Both the position numbers and the translations under genes were made by a program. The notes under the pieces were generated by a model. The model was not told where the DNA came from, searched no databases, and worked only from the letters and a program-made list of their open reading frames with translations. This document shows positions 1 to 9,267 of a stretch of DNA of 64,000 bases, piece after piece. The DNA comes from Acidimicrobiales bacterium (lineage in GTDB: Bacteria; Actinomycetota; Acidimicrobiia; Acidimicrobiales; JAUJNH01). Every line of letters starts with the position of its first letter. Positions within the stretch are counted from its first letter, which is position 1. The stretch lies in assembly GCA_030448245.1 (NCBI GenBank), contig JAUJNH010000005.1, positions 183,308 through 247,307 of the forward strand, written 5' to 3'.

Positions 1-1138
1 GGTCGACCGAGTAGCCGGCGCGGCGCAGCTCGTGGAGGAGGCCGATGATCGACGCCGGCGTGTCGAGGGCCACGGCGTTGCCGAGGCGGCTGCGCTTGGT
101 GGGGTAGGCCGACAGCACCAGGGCGATGCGGCGCTCGGCCGGCGGTGTTCGGCCGAGCCGGGCCAGGCGGCAGGCGGTGCCTGCCACCCGCTCGATCCGG
201 TCGGGCACGGTGCGGTAGGCGCTGACCGGGGCCCCCAGCTCGTCGCCCTCGTCCACCTGCTCCTTGAAGGAAAAGGCCGGCCCGACGATCCGGCCGTCGA
301 ACTCGGGGATCGCCACCTGCATGGCCACGTCGACCGGCGGCAGCCCCGTGGCCCGGTCCGCCCAGGCCGTGGCCGACGCCGTCGAGGCGAGCGCTTGGAG
401 GACGGGGACGTCGAGGGAGGCCAGGCTGCTCGGCTCCCACTGGTCGCCGTCGGCCCGGCCGGCGGCGAGCACCGTGGTGACCACCACCCCCACCTGGTGC
501 TCGGCCAGCACGGCCACCGCGGCGTCGCCCGGCTCGCCCCGCAGCGAGTAGGTCCACACGGGCACCGGATCGCAGCCCCGGGCCAGCACGGCCTGGCAGA
601 GGTCGTCGACGAACTGGGTGTTGCCCGACAGGACGTGGGCCCGGTAGAAGCAGATGCCGACCCCGGGGCGGTCGGGGTGGCGCTCGTAGGAGCCCCACAC
701 GCCGCTGGCCGCCACCTCGACGGGAGGGTCGAAGCCCCATCCGCCCATGAGCGTTGTGTCGGCCACGAACCGCAGGAGGTGCTCGACGTTGTGCAGGCCA
801 CCGGCCGACCAGTAGGCGAAGGCCTGGGCCACGGTGGCGCTGGGCACGCTGGACAGCCCGGCCAGCTCGGCGTCGGGCACCGCCTCGCCTCCCAGGGCCA
901 GCAGTGGGATGCCGCGCCCGGCGGCGTCGGCCCGCAGGGCGTCGAAGGGCCCGGGCCAGGCCCGGCGCCCCCCCAGCAGCCGCACCAGCACGCAGGCCAC
1001 CCCGTCCAGGTCGGGTGGGCCCTCGAGGTGGTGGGGGTTGGCGGCCCGCACGCCGGGGAAGCCGTCGGGCAGCCCCTCGACCACCGAGCGCAGGGCGAGC
1101 AGGTCGGTGTCGGCGTTGGTGAGGACGAGCAGCGTCAC
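1..1138 (-). CDS. cobN: Cobaltochelatase subunit CobN, N-terminal part (gene continues past the left edge)
   Basis: My minus-strand translation from GTG 1138 reads VTLLVLTNADTDLLALRSVVEGLPDGFPGV...YRAHVLSGNTQFVDDL...AIPEFDGRI, which is CobN-like. The GTG overlaps the cobQ TGA (GTGA). Absent from the ORF track because it runs off the window. Confidence 0.85.
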   Translation of the reverse strand, partial: MTLLVLTNADTDLLALRSVVEGLPDGFPGVRAANPHHLEGPPDLDGVACVLVRLLGGRRAWPGPFDALRADAAGRGIPLLALGGEAVPDAELAGLSSVPSATVAQAFAYWSAGGLHNVEHLLRFVADTTLMGGWGFDPPVEVAASGVWGSYERHPDRPGVGICFYRAHVLSGNTQFVDDLCQAVLARGCDPVPVWTYSLRGEPGDAAVAVLAEHQVGVVVTTVLAAGRADGDQWEPSSLASLDVPVLQALASTASATAWADRATGLPPVDVAMQVAIPEFDGRIVGPAFSFKEQVDEGDELGAPVSAYRTVPDRIERVAGTACRLARLGRTPPAERRIALVLSAYPTKRSRLGNAVALDTPASIIGLLHELRRAGYSVD

Positions 1139-2643
1139 CGGGGCGCCCCCGACTCGATCAGCGGCAGCAGGCGGTCGAGGTCGGCGTGGGCCTCGAGCAG
1201 GTCGGCCAGGCGGTCGATCTGCGCCTCGCGAGCCGCCCGGAACGAGGTGCCGGCCGGGACGAACGCCTTCCCCCGGCGCCGGCCGACCTCGGTGAGGAAG
1301 CTGGCCCGGAGGGCGTCAGCCTCGAACAGCCCGTGCAGCGAGGTGCCAAGCACCGCGGCCCGCTCCGGCTCGACCGCCCCCTCCTCCTCGAAGCCGGAGG
1401 TGTCGTCGAGGTGAACCCAGGCGGGGGTCCCGCTTCCCCGCTCGACCCGGCCGTGGTGGATCTCGTAGCCCTCGACCGGCTGGCCCATGGCGACGCCACG
1501 CCGGCGGCGCACCACCTTCGCCGGGGCGAAGCGGGTGGTGACGTCGAGCAGTCCGAGCGCAGGCACCTCACCCGACGCCTCGACGCCGTCGTAGTCGACG
1601 ATCGAGCGGCCCAGCTGCTGGTAGCCGCCGCAGATCCCGAGGACGAGCGCCGGCTCGTCCCGCTCGACCAGCCGGGCCAGGGCCCGGTCGAAGCCGCGGG
1701 CCCGCAGCCAGGCCAGGTCGGCGACCGTCGACTTCGACCCGGGGAGGACGACGAGGTCGGGGTCGCCGAGGCCGGCCGGGTCGGCCACCAGGCGCACGCC
1801 GACACCGGGCTCGATCGACAGGGCGTCGACGTCGGTGACGTTCGACAGGTGCGGCACCCGGACCACCGCCACGTCGAGCCCGTCGCCGAGGCCGGGGCGG
1901 TCGGGGGCTGGGCGGGGGCCGGCGAGGGCGAGGGAGTCCTCGGCGTCGAGGCCCAGGTCGGCCAGCCAGGGCAGCACGCCGAGGGTGGGGACGCCGCAGG
2001 CGGCTTCGAGCTGCTGGCACCCGTCGAGGAGCAGGCCCGGGTCGCCCCGCAGCTTGTTGACGAGGAAGCCCTTGACCAGGGCCCGGTACTGGTCGGGCAG
2101 CAGGGCCACGGTGCCGAACAGGGCGGCGAAGACCCCGCCCCGGTCGATGTCGCCCACCACGATGGCGGGCAGCCCGGCCTCAAAGGCGATGCGCAGGTTG
2201 ACGATGTCGTGGTCGAGCAGGTTGATCTCGGCCGGGCTGCCGGCGCCCTCGCAGACCACCACGTCGTAGCGCGAGCGCAGGTCGGCCAGGTCCTCCAGCA
2301 CGAGGCGCAGCAGCTCGGGCTTGCGGGCGTGGTACTCGGCGGCGCTCAGGTGGGCCCACGGCTCGCCCCGCACCACCACCTGGCTCGTCCGGTCGCTGGT
2401 GGGCTTCAGCAGGATCGGGTTCATGGCGACCTCGGGCTCGACCCGGGCGGCCAGCGCCTGCACGCCCTGGGCCCGGCCGATCTCGTGGCCGGTCGAGGTG
2501 ACGAACGAGTTGAGGGCCATGTTCTGGGCCTTGAACGGCGCCACCTTTGTGCCTCGGCGGGCCAAGAGCCGGCACAGGCCGGCGGTCACGTGCGACTTGC
2601 CGGCGTCGCTGGCGGTGCCGCACACCATCAGCCCGCCTCTCAC
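1135..2643 (-). CDS. cobQ: Cobyric acid synthase
   Basis: 502 aa. N-terminus MVCGTASDAGKSHVTAGLCRLLARRG.KVAPFKAQNMALNS plus a C-terminal glutamine amidotransferase region (LGICGGYQQLG). GTGA overlap with cobC. Confidence 0.95.
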   Translation of the reverse strand: MRGGLMVCGTASDAGKSHVTAGLCRLLARRGTKVAPFKAQNMALNSFVTSTGHEIGRAQGVQALAARVEPEVAMNPILLKPTSDRTSQVVVRGEPWAHLSAAEYHARKPELLRLVLEDLADLRSRYDVVVCEGAGSPAEINLLDHDIVNLRIAFEAGLPAIVVGDIDRGGVFAALFGTVALLPDQYRALVKGFLVNKLRGDPGLLLDGCQQLEAACGVPTLGVLPWLADLGLDAEDSLALAGPRPAPDRPGLGDGLDVAVVRVPHLSNVTDVDALSIEPGVGVRLVADPAGLGDPDLVVLPGSKSTVADLAWLRARGFDRALARLVERDEPALVLGICGGYQQLGRSIVDYDGVEASGEVPALGLLDVTTRFAPAKVVRRRRGVAMGQPVEGYEIHHGRVERGSGTPAWVHLDDTSGFEEEGAVEPERAAVLGTSLHGLFEADALRASFLTEVGRRRGKAFVPAGTSFRAAREAQIDRLADLLEAHADLDRLLPLIESGAPR

Positions 2644-3587
2644 CGCGGCACCCCGAGGGCGGCGCGCAGGCGGGGCAGCTCGTGGGCGGGCGGCACGGCG
2701 ATCCGGAAGGTGCCGGGCAGGCCGAACGAGGTGCAGTCGCGGACGACCACGCCGCGGGAGGCGAGGCGGGTCCGGAGGTCGGGATCACCGTCGATGAGGA
2801 CCCAGTTGGCGGTGGCGCCCGGCCGGACCCGCAGGCCGGCGGCCGCGAGGACGGCCGTCAGCTCGGCCCGCAGGGCGCCGACGGCGGCGGCCCACGCCTG
2901 CAGGTCGGCGGTGCTCAGCAGGTCGGCCAGAGCGGCGCAGGCCAAGCCGTTGACGGCCCACCGGGGCTGGCGGGCGGCCAGCCGCTCCCGCGCCGCCCGG
3001 TCGGGGCACACCACGTAGCCCACCCGCAGGCCGGGGCAGGCCAGGAGCTTGGTGAGCGAACCCAGCGTGAAACCGCCGCGCCCCGCCGTCCACCGGCCCG
3101 TGGCCAGCGGGTAGAAGGCCTCGTCCCACACGTCGGCCGTCACCTCGGGGCCGGCCCGCGTCCCCAGCGGGTTGTGGGGGTCGCTCCGCCACCGGGGGCC
3201 GGCGGGATCGAGGGCCGCCAGGTGGCGCCGGTAGAGCGAGAAGTCGCAGGCATCGGCCCAGCCCGGCCCGGTCTCGGCCGCCACCAGGGCGATGGCCTCG
3301 GCGCCGCCGTTGGTCAGGAGCAGGCGCTCGATGTCGACACCCATCACCGCGGCCAACGCCGCCGTGGCAGGGCCGGCGTCGGGGTAGCGACCCAGCGCGT
3401 CGAGGTGACGGGCCACCACCGGCCCGGGATCCGGGGCCACCGGGTTCATCGACGCCGAGAGGTCGAGCACGTCGGCCACGTCCACCCCGAGGGCGGCGGC
3501 CACCCGGGCCCCGTCGCCACCGTGCGGGCCGGCGCCGGGGATGGCCGGGGCCGGCGGCGCATCGTGGCTCGCGGCGCGCACGGTCAT
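2640..3587 (-). CDS. cobC: Class I/II aminotransferase-like threonine-phosphate decarboxylase (CobC/CobD type)
   Basis: Start taken at MTVRAAS (ATGA overlap with the upstream stop). Contains HGGD...DLSASMNP...LGSLTKLLACPGLRVGY (PLP-lysine context). The longer 644-aa ORF in the track is an upstream shadow. Confidence 0.8.
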   Translation of the reverse strand: MTVRAASHDAPPAPAIPGAGPHGGDGARVAAALGVDVADVLDLSASMNPVAPDPGPVVARHLDALGRYPDAGPATAALAAVMGVDIERLLLTNGGAEAIALVAAETGPGWADACDFSLYRRHLAALDPAGPRWRSDPHNPLGTRAGPEVTADVWDEAFYPLATGRWTAGRGGFTLGSLTKLLACPGLRVGYVVCPDRAARERLAARQPRWAVNGLACAALADLLSTADLQAWAAAVGALRAELTAVLAAAGLRVRPGATANWVLIDGDPDLRTRLASRGVVVRDCTSFGLPGTFRIAVPPAHELPRLRAALGVPR

Positions 3588-4498
3588 CGCAGGATCCGCC
3601 GGGCCCAGTGCAGGGCAAGTGGGGTGACCAGGAGGGCGGCCACGGCCAGGGCGACGTCCTCGAGCAGCCGGCAGGCGGGCTCGATGTCGGCCGGCGTCGG
3701 GGGCCTGCCCTCGCCCAGGGGCGGGCGCATCTCCATCCGGTCGCCGTAGCGGCTCGGTCCGCCGAGGCGCAGGTCGAGGGCGGCCGCGAAGGCGGCCTCG
3801 GCCACCCCGGCCGACGGCGACGGGTGGGCCGGAGCGTCGCGCCGGACGGTGCGCAGGACCGACACGGCGGCAGCGGGGCGGACGAACGCCACCAGCCCCG
3901 CGGTGACCCGCGCCGGGACCCATGCAGCCACGTCGTCGGCGCGGGCCGACGCCCACCCGAAGCGCTCGTAGCGGCCGCCGCGGTGGCCCACCATGGAGTC
4001 GAGGGTGTTCGTGGCCCGGTGGGCCAGCGCACCCGTCGCCCCCGCCGCCGCTCCCCACAGCGCCGGGGCGACCACGGCGTCGACGGCGTTCTCGGCCACC
4101 GACTCGACCACGGCCCGGGCGACCTCGTCGGCGCTGAGACCGGACGGGTCGCGACCGACGAGGGCGGGCAGCGCCGCTCTGGCCGCGTCGAGGTCGCCGG
4201 CGGCGAGCAGGGCGGCGACGGCCCGGGCCTCGTCGGCCAGCGATCGGCCGGCCACCGCCAGGTAGGTGCCGGCCGCGGTGGACCGCACGACGCCTCCGGC
4301 CACCACCGCCGCCCCCACGCCCGCCCCCAGGTAGGCCGTCCCCTGCAGGCGATCGTCCAGGTAGAGGGTCTTCTCGAGCCGCTGCATGGCCCAGCCGAAC
4401 GCGGCCACCGGGTGGGGCCTGACCAGCGGCTCGCCCAGGAGCCGGTCGAGGACGACGCCGGCGCCGGCCGCCGCCGCGCGGTTCCGGAGCTTCGTCAT
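3584..4498 (-). CDS. cobD: Adenosylcobinamide-phosphate synthase (CbiB / CobD)
   Basis: Start at MTKLRNRAAAAGAGVVLDRLLGEP.HPV..FG. Membrane-protein profile typical of CbiB. ATGA overlap with the cobS stop. Confidence 0.9.
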   Translation of the reverse strand: MTKLRNRAAAAGAGVVLDRLLGEPLVRPHPVAAFGWAMQRLEKTLYLDDRLQGTAYLGAGVGAAVVAGGVVRSTAAGTYLAVAGRSLADEARAVAALLAAGDLDAARAALPALVGRDPSGLSADEVARAVVESVAENAVDAVVAPALWGAAAGATGALAHRATNTLDSMVGHRGGRYERFGWASARADDVAAWVPARVTAGLVAFVRPAAAVSVLRTVRRDAPAHPSPSAGVAEAAFAAALDLRLGGPSRYGDRMEMRPPLGEGRPPTPADIEPACRLLEDVALAVAALLVTPLALHWARRILR

Positions 4499-5211
4499 CG
4501 GACGGTTGCCACCACGAGGCCGACGGTCTCGCACACGAACCCGCACGCGCCCAGGACGTCGCCGGTGAACCCACCGATGCGGCGGCGAGCCAGCAGGGCC
4601 ACGCCGAGGGCGGCGACCAGCCCGGCCGCCACCGCCAGCGGCCCCCTGACGCCGGCGCCGGCGGCCGCGGCCACGGCGAGCAGGGCCCCGGGGATCCCGA
4701 TGACCAGCGCCTCGGGCATGCCGTCGAGGAAGGCCGAGGCGAGCCCGCCCTCGGGCCGGGCGTAGGGCAGGGCCGCGGCGACGCACGCCATCACCGTGCG
4801 GCTGGCGCACCACAGGCCGATGAGCAGCAACGGGCGAGGGGCGAGCTGGGCGAAGCAGGCCACCCGCAGCAGCAGGCCGACGAGGCCGGCGGCCAGCCCA
4901 AAGGCTCCGACCTCCGGCGCGGCCATGATCACCAGGCGCCGGGCCCGCTCGACCGGCGCCAGCAGCCCGTCGGCCGAGTCGACCAGACCGTCGAAGTGCA
5001 GGGCGCCGGTCAGGGCCAGGTCGGCGGCCACGACCAGGGTGGCCACCAGCAGCCCCTGGCCCCGGGTCAGCCGGTCGAGCCCCCGCCAGGCCAGGCCGAG
5101 CACCCCGCCGAGCAGAGCCCCGACCACCGGGAACCACAGGAGCGTGCGCCCGCTGGGCCGGCGGCCGGCACCCACCGGCAGCGGCGTCAGAAAGGCGAGT
5201 GCGGCGAGCAC
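4495..5211 (-). CDS. cobS: Adenosylcobinamide-GDP ribazoletransferase (cobalamin synthase)
   Basis: 238-aa polytopic membrane protein: MLAALAFLTPLPVG...HFDGLVDSADGL...GGFTGDVLGA. Confidence 0.9.
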   Translation of the reverse strand: MLAALAFLTPLPVGAGRRPSGRTLLWFPVVGALLGGVLGLAWRGLDRLTRGQGLLVATLVVAADLALTGALHFDGLVDSADGLLAPVERARRLVIMAAPEVGAFGLAAGLVGLLLRVACFAQLAPRPLLLIGLWCASRTVMACVAAALPYARPEGGLASAFLDGMPEALVIGIPGALLAVAAAAGAGVRGPLAVAAGLVAALGVALLARRRIGGFTGDVLGACGFVCETVGLVVATVR

Positions 5212-5214
5212 CGG

Positions 5215-5703
5215 CTACAGCCTCAGCGTCCTGCCGGCGATCACCAGCAGCACCTCGTCGGCCGCGTCGGCCACCTCGCGGTTCACCCGGCCGAGCTCGT
5301 CACGGAAGTGGCGGCCGGCGTGGGTCTCGGGGTGGACGCCCAGGCCCACCTCGTCGCTCACCACCACGGCGGAGCCGTCACGCCTGCGCAGGACGCCGGC
5401 GAGCTCGATCCCGTCGGCCCGGAAGCCGCCCACCTGGGCCACCCACGTCCCGAGACCGTCGATCAGCAGGCTGCCCTCCACGCTGGCCACCGCGGCGGCG
5501 AGGTCGGCGTCGTCCACCTCGATCAGCCCCCAGTCGCCGGGCCGGCGCTCACGGTGCTGGGCCACCCGTTCGGCCATGTCCTCGTCAGCCGGGTCCCACG
5601 CCCACGTGGCCACGAACGTGCGGGGCGCCGGCAGACCCGAGACCACGCGCTCCCCCACCTCGGACTTCCCCGACCGGGCGCCGCCCAGCACGAGCGTGAT
5701 CAC
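5215..5703 (-). CDS. cobU: Adenosylcobinamide kinase / adenosylcobinamide-phosphate guanylyltransferase
   Basis: VITLVLGGARSGKS P-loop directly after GTG 5703. The track ORF extends to 5766, but that would run into the riboswitch expression platform. Confidence 0.8.
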   Translation of the reverse strand: MITLVLGGARSGKSEVGERVVSGLPAPRTFVATWAWDPADEDMAERVAQHRERRPGDWGLIEVDDADLAAAVASVEGSLLIDGLGTWVAQVGGFRADGIELAGVLRRRDGSAVVVSDEVGLGVHPETHAGRHFRDELGRVNREVADAADEVLLVIAGRTLRL

Positions 5704-5771
5704 CGTCGGCCGCCCGACGGCCTGCGGCAGCGGTCCTGGATGCCCATGAGGCCTGTGTCCTCGCACGACGG

Positions 5772-5905
5772 TCCACCGGCCGACGATCGGCTGGCGGGCG
5801 GGGAGGTTCCTGGCTCCCGGATCACGACCCGGTCACAGTTGCGGGACAGCCCCGGACTCCCACCGGGTTCCCTCGACCACCGCCGCCGGAGGCTAGCCGG
5901 GGCGG
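5772..5905 (-). promoter_or_regulatory. Cobalamin (AdoCbl) riboswitch in the 5' leader of the cobU-cobN operon
   Basis: Minus-strand sense reads GGTGGTCGAGGGAACCCGGTGGGAGTCCGGGGCTGTCCCGCAACTGTGACCGGG...GGGAGCCAGGAACCTCCCC. This matches the conserved cobalamin-riboswitch core (AGGGAA..GGTG..TCC..CCCGCAACTGT) and the B12-box-like AGCCAGGAACC. Confidence 0.85.
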
Positions 5906-5928
5906 GGGTCAGCGCCTACGGTCCCCGC

Positions 5929-6453
5929 ATGGCCAGAGCCGCTTCGATCGTCCTGCTCAACACCGGCCAGGGCAAGGGCAAGTCGTCGGCCGCCTTTGGT
6001 GTGATGGGGCGAGGCTGGGCCCGCGGGTGGCGGGTCGGGGTCGTCCAGTTCGTGAAGGGCGGCAAGTGGAAGACCGGTGAGCGCAAGCTGGCCGACCACC
6101 TCGGCATCGAGTGGCACACCCTCGGCGACGGCTTCACCTGGGAGTCGACCGACCTCGACGAGACCGCGGCCAGGGGGCGGCACGCCTGGGAGGTGGCCGA
6201 GGCCAAGCTCCGCTCCGGCGACTACGACCTCCTCATCCTCGACGAGCTGACCTACGCCGTGACCTACGGGTGGGTCCCGGCCGAGGCCGTGGTGGCCGGC
6301 ATCCGCAGCCGGTCCCCGAAGACGAACGTCGTCATGACCGGCCGAGGCGCCGCGCCGGAGCTGATCGAGGTGGCCGACACCGTCACCGAGATGACCAAGG
6401 TGAAGCACGCCTACGACCAGGGCATCGGCGCCATGAAGGGCATCGAGTACTAG
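5929..6453 (+). CDS. cobO: Cob(I)yrinic acid a,c-diamide adenosyltransferase (CobO/BtuR type)
   Basis: MARAASIVLLNTGQGKGKSSAAFG...VVQFVKGG...LLILDELTYA...MTKVKHAYDQGIGAMKGIEY. Confidence 0.9.
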   Translation: MARAASIVLLNTGQGKGKSSAAFGVMGRGWARGWRVGVVQFVKGGKWKTGERKLADHLGIEWHTLGDGFTWESTDLDETAARGRHAWEVAEAKLRSGDYDLLILDELTYAVTYGWVPAEAVVAGIRSRSPKTNVVMTGRGAAPELIEVADTVTEMTKVKHAYDQGIGAMKGIEY

Positions 6454-6454
6454 C

Positions 6455-6478
6455 GGGGGGAGGGCAGGCCCTCCCCCC
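6455..6478 (+). terminator. GC-rich hairpin immediately after the cobO stop codon
   Basis: GGGGGGAGGGC-AG-GCCCTCCCCCC, with perfect 11-nt complementary arms. No U-tract follows, so terminator function is uncertain. Confidence 0.35.
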
Positions 6479-6722
6479 GGACCCCCTCCCAACTGCCGCT
6501 GCCACCGCGGCTCGCTGGGCTGTCGGGCCGGCGGAGCCGCCCCTCGGGCGCACCCAGCGCCGCGGCTCTCACGGGAAGGGGCGGCGCCTCCTCCCGGCTT
6601 CCCCCTCTGCCACATCCTCGGCTCGCGGGTTGTCGGCCGGCGGTGCTGGGCTCGGGCGGCGCGTCTTGCGCGGGATTCCCTCCCACAGGGGCTCCGTGGA
6701 TTGGGGTGGGAGGATCCACGGC

Positions 6723-8129
6723 GTGCCCTCCTTGCCGCCGCGGGTTGTCATCGCTGGCACGCACTCCGGGGTTGGGAAGACGACGGTGGCTGCGGGGCTT
6801 CTGGCGGCCTTGACCGCTCGGGGGGTCCGGGTGGGGGCGGCGAAGGTGGGGCCGGACTTCATCGATCCCGGGTACCACGCCATGGCCTGCGGGCGCGCGA
6901 GCCGGAACCTCGACGTGCGCCTGTGCGGCGAGGACACGGTGCGGGCGGTGGCGGCGCGGGCGGGTGCCGGCTGCGACCTGCTCGTCGTCGAAGGCGTGAT
7001 GGGGCTGTTCGACGGATCCGGAAGCGGAACCGAGGCGTCGACCGCCCACGTCGCCCGGCTGCTCGACGCGCCGGTGGTGCTCGTCGTCGACGCCGCCGCC
7101 ATGAGCGGCTCGATCGCCGCCCTGGTCCACGGCTTCCGGTCGTTCGACCCGGCGCTCCGGCTGGGCGGGGTCGTGCTCAACCAGGTCGGCTCGGACGGCC
7201 ACGAGACCCTCCTGCGGGACGCGCTCGCGCCCGTGGGCGTCCCGGTGGTGGGCGCCCTGCATCGTGACGAGCGGGTCGAGTGGCGCGACCGCCATCTGGG
7301 CCTCGTCCCGGTGGCCGAGCGACCGGGCGAAGTGCGGGCCGCGCTCACCGCACTGGCCGCGGCCGTCGCCGCCGCCGTCGACCTCGACGCCGTCATCGCC
7401 CTGGCCCGGTCAGCGCCGGCGGCCACGGCGGGCGAGGTGCCGACGCCGGCACGCTGGGACCAGCCGGCCGCGCCCACCGGGCCGTCGTCGCGGCGAGTCG
7501 TCTCCGACGCAGGCGGTCGGCGGCCAGTTGTGGCCCTGGCCGGGGGGCCCGCCTTCTCCTTCACCTACCCGGAGCTGCCCGAGGCGCTCGTTGCCGCCGG
7601 GGCCGAGGTGGTCCCCTTCGACCCCCGCCACGACCCTGCCCTCCCCGCGCAGGCGACCGGCTTGATCGCCGGCGGCGGGTTCCCCGAGGTGTTCGCCGCC
7701 GAGCTGGCTGCCAACCGGCCCCTCCTCGACGACGTGCGGCGCAGGCTGGGTGACGGGCTGCCGACGTGGGCCGAGTGCGGCGGCCTGCTGTGGTTGGCCC
7801 GGTCGCTCGACGGGGCGCCGCTGGCCGGGGTCGTGCCAGCCGACGGCCGGATGACCGACCGGCTGACCCTCGGCTACCGGACGGCGACGACGCGGTGCCC
7901 GTCGCCCCTGGGACCGACCGGCACCACCCTCTCCGGTCACGAGTTCCGCTACTCCGAGCTGGACCCCCCGGGCGATGCCCTCGAGCTGCTCGGCCGCTTC
8001 GGCCGGCGCAAAGGCGGGTACGCCAGCCCCATCCTCTTCGCCACCTACCTCCACGTCCACCCGTCGGGCGAGCCCGGCGCGGTCGCTGCGTTCGTCCACT
8101 CCGCGGCGACGATCGGCTCCGGCAGATGA
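6723..8129 (+). CDS. cobB: Cobyrinic acid a,c-diamide synthase
   Basis: From GTG 6723 (SD GGGAGGA 7 nt upstream): VPSLPPRVVIAGTHSGVGKTTVAAGL...KVGPDFIDPGYH...ECGGLLWL (amidotransferase Cys). Confidence 0.85.
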   Translation: MPSLPPRVVIAGTHSGVGKTTVAAGLLAALTARGVRVGAAKVGPDFIDPGYHAMACGRASRNLDVRLCGEDTVRAVAARAGAGCDLLVVEGVMGLFDGSGSGTEASTAHVARLLDAPVVLVVDAAAMSGSIAALVHGFRSFDPALRLGGVVLNQVGSDGHETLLRDALAPVGVPVVGALHRDERVEWRDRHLGLVPVAERPGEVRAALTALAAAVAAAVDLDAVIALARSAPAATAGEVPTPARWDQPAAPTGPSSRRVVSDAGGRRPVVALAGGPAFSFTYPELPEALVAAGAEVVPFDPRHDPALPAQATGLIAGGGFPEVFAAELAANRPLLDDVRRRLGDGLPTWAECGGLLWLARSLDGAPLAGVVPADGRMTDRLTLGYRTATTRCPSPLGPTGTTLSGHEFRYSELDPPGDALELLGRFGRRKGGYASPILFATYLHVHPSGEPGAVAAFVHSAATIGSGR

Positions 8130-8197
8130 GCCGGAGCACGCGGTTCGCGCCGCCGTTTCGTCCGGTGCGCCCCGACATGGTCGCTGCGTGCGCCATC

Positions 8198-9262
8198 ATG
8201 GGCCCGGTGGAACGGGGCAGGCGGGTCGCATTGGTGTCGTTGGCTGCGGGCGCGATGCTGCTCGCGGGCTGCTCGGGCGCGAAGAAGCCGGCCCAGGTCT
8301 CGCCGGTCGACGCCAGCGGCCCCGGGGTCGAGGATCCGCCGGCATCACTGGCGCCCACCACGACAGCCGTGCCGCCCACCCTGCCCGTCACGATCCCCAG
8401 CACCACCACCACCCTGCCGCCGCCCATCGGAGCGGCGGGCAACCTCAACATCGTGCGCGAGCTGTCGAGCGGGATGACCGGCGACGACGTGAGGGCGGTC
8501 GAGCAGCGCCTCACCGACCTCAAGTTCTCCCCGGGATCCGTCGACGGCAAGTTCGACGCCAAGACCGGCCAGGCGGTCCTGTCCTTCCAGAAGCAGACGG
8601 GCCTGCCCCGCACGAGCAAGGTGAACGCCGACACGGCCACCCGCATGAACACCGCCGGGTTCGGCCCGCCCATGGTTTCGGACGGCAACCCTGACCGGGT
8701 CGAAGTCGACCTGTCGCGCCAGGTCCTGCAGATCTGGCGGGGTGGCCAGCTGTTCCGGGTCCTCGGCGTCTCCACCGGCACCGGCAAGAGGTACTGCGAC
8801 ACCACCGACACCGGCAAGCGGGTGTGCGGCATCGCCACCACCCCCACCGGCCGGTTCGACTTCGGACGCCGGATCGAGGGCAAGCGCAAGAGCGAGCTGG
8901 GTGTCCTGTTCGACCCCATGTACTTCACGGGGGGCTACGCAGTCCACGGATCGCCGTCGGTGCCCGCCTCGCCGGCCAGCCACGGCTGCGTGCGCATCCC
9001 GATGTGGGAGTCGAAGTTCTTCTTCAACGAGGTGCCCCTCAAGACCCAGATGATCGTCATCAAGGACGGCGCTCCCCCGGTTCCGACGCTGGCCGCTCCG
9101 GTCGTCGGCCCGCCGCCCACGTCCACCACGCTGGCACCGGTCACCGTCCCGACCACCCTGCCGCCGGCCACGACGACCACGCGGCCGCCGCTGCTGGGCA
9201 CCACGACGACCACCCGGCCGGCCAACACCACCACCACCCGGCGCGGCCTCCTCGGCGGCTGA
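8198..9262 (+). CDS. L,D-transpeptidase lipoprotein with a peptidoglycan-binding domain
   Basis: Lipobox LLAGCSG. PG_binding_1-like GDDVRAVEQRLTDLKFSPGSVDGKFD..T..AV..FQ. YkuD catalytic motif HGSPSVPASPASHGCVRIP. An alternative start at ATG 8126 overlaps the cobB stop. Confidence 0.85.
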   Translation: MGPVERGRRVALVSLAAGAMLLAGCSGAKKPAQVSPVDASGPGVEDPPASLAPTTTAVPPTLPVTIPSTTTTLPPPIGAAGNLNIVRELSSGMTGDDVRAVEQRLTDLKFSPGSVDGKFDAKTGQAVLSFQKQTGLPRTSKVNADTATRMNTAGFGPPMVSDGNPDRVEVDLSRQVLQIWRGGQLFRVLGVSTGTGKRYCDTTDTGKRVCGIATTPTGRFDFGRRIEGKRKSELGVLFDPMYFTGGYAVHGSPSVPASPASHGCVRIPMWESKFFFNEVPLKTQMIVIKDGAPPVPTLAAPVVGPPPTSTTLAPVTVPTTLPPATTTTRPPLLGTTTTTRPANTTTTRRGLLGG

Positions 9263-9267
9263 GGGAC

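Noticed and set aside
32-1414. Long plus-strand ORF (460 aa) and several other large ORFs overlapping cobN/cobQ, plus many similar ORFs throughout (e.g. 12143-13408, 18468-19805, 36948-38141, 55552-57354, 60476-62482)
   Set aside because: Their translations are Arg/Gly/Pro/Ala-rich with no recognisable motifs. They lie antisense or out of frame to genes with clear family signatures. These are typical high-GC shadow ORFs.
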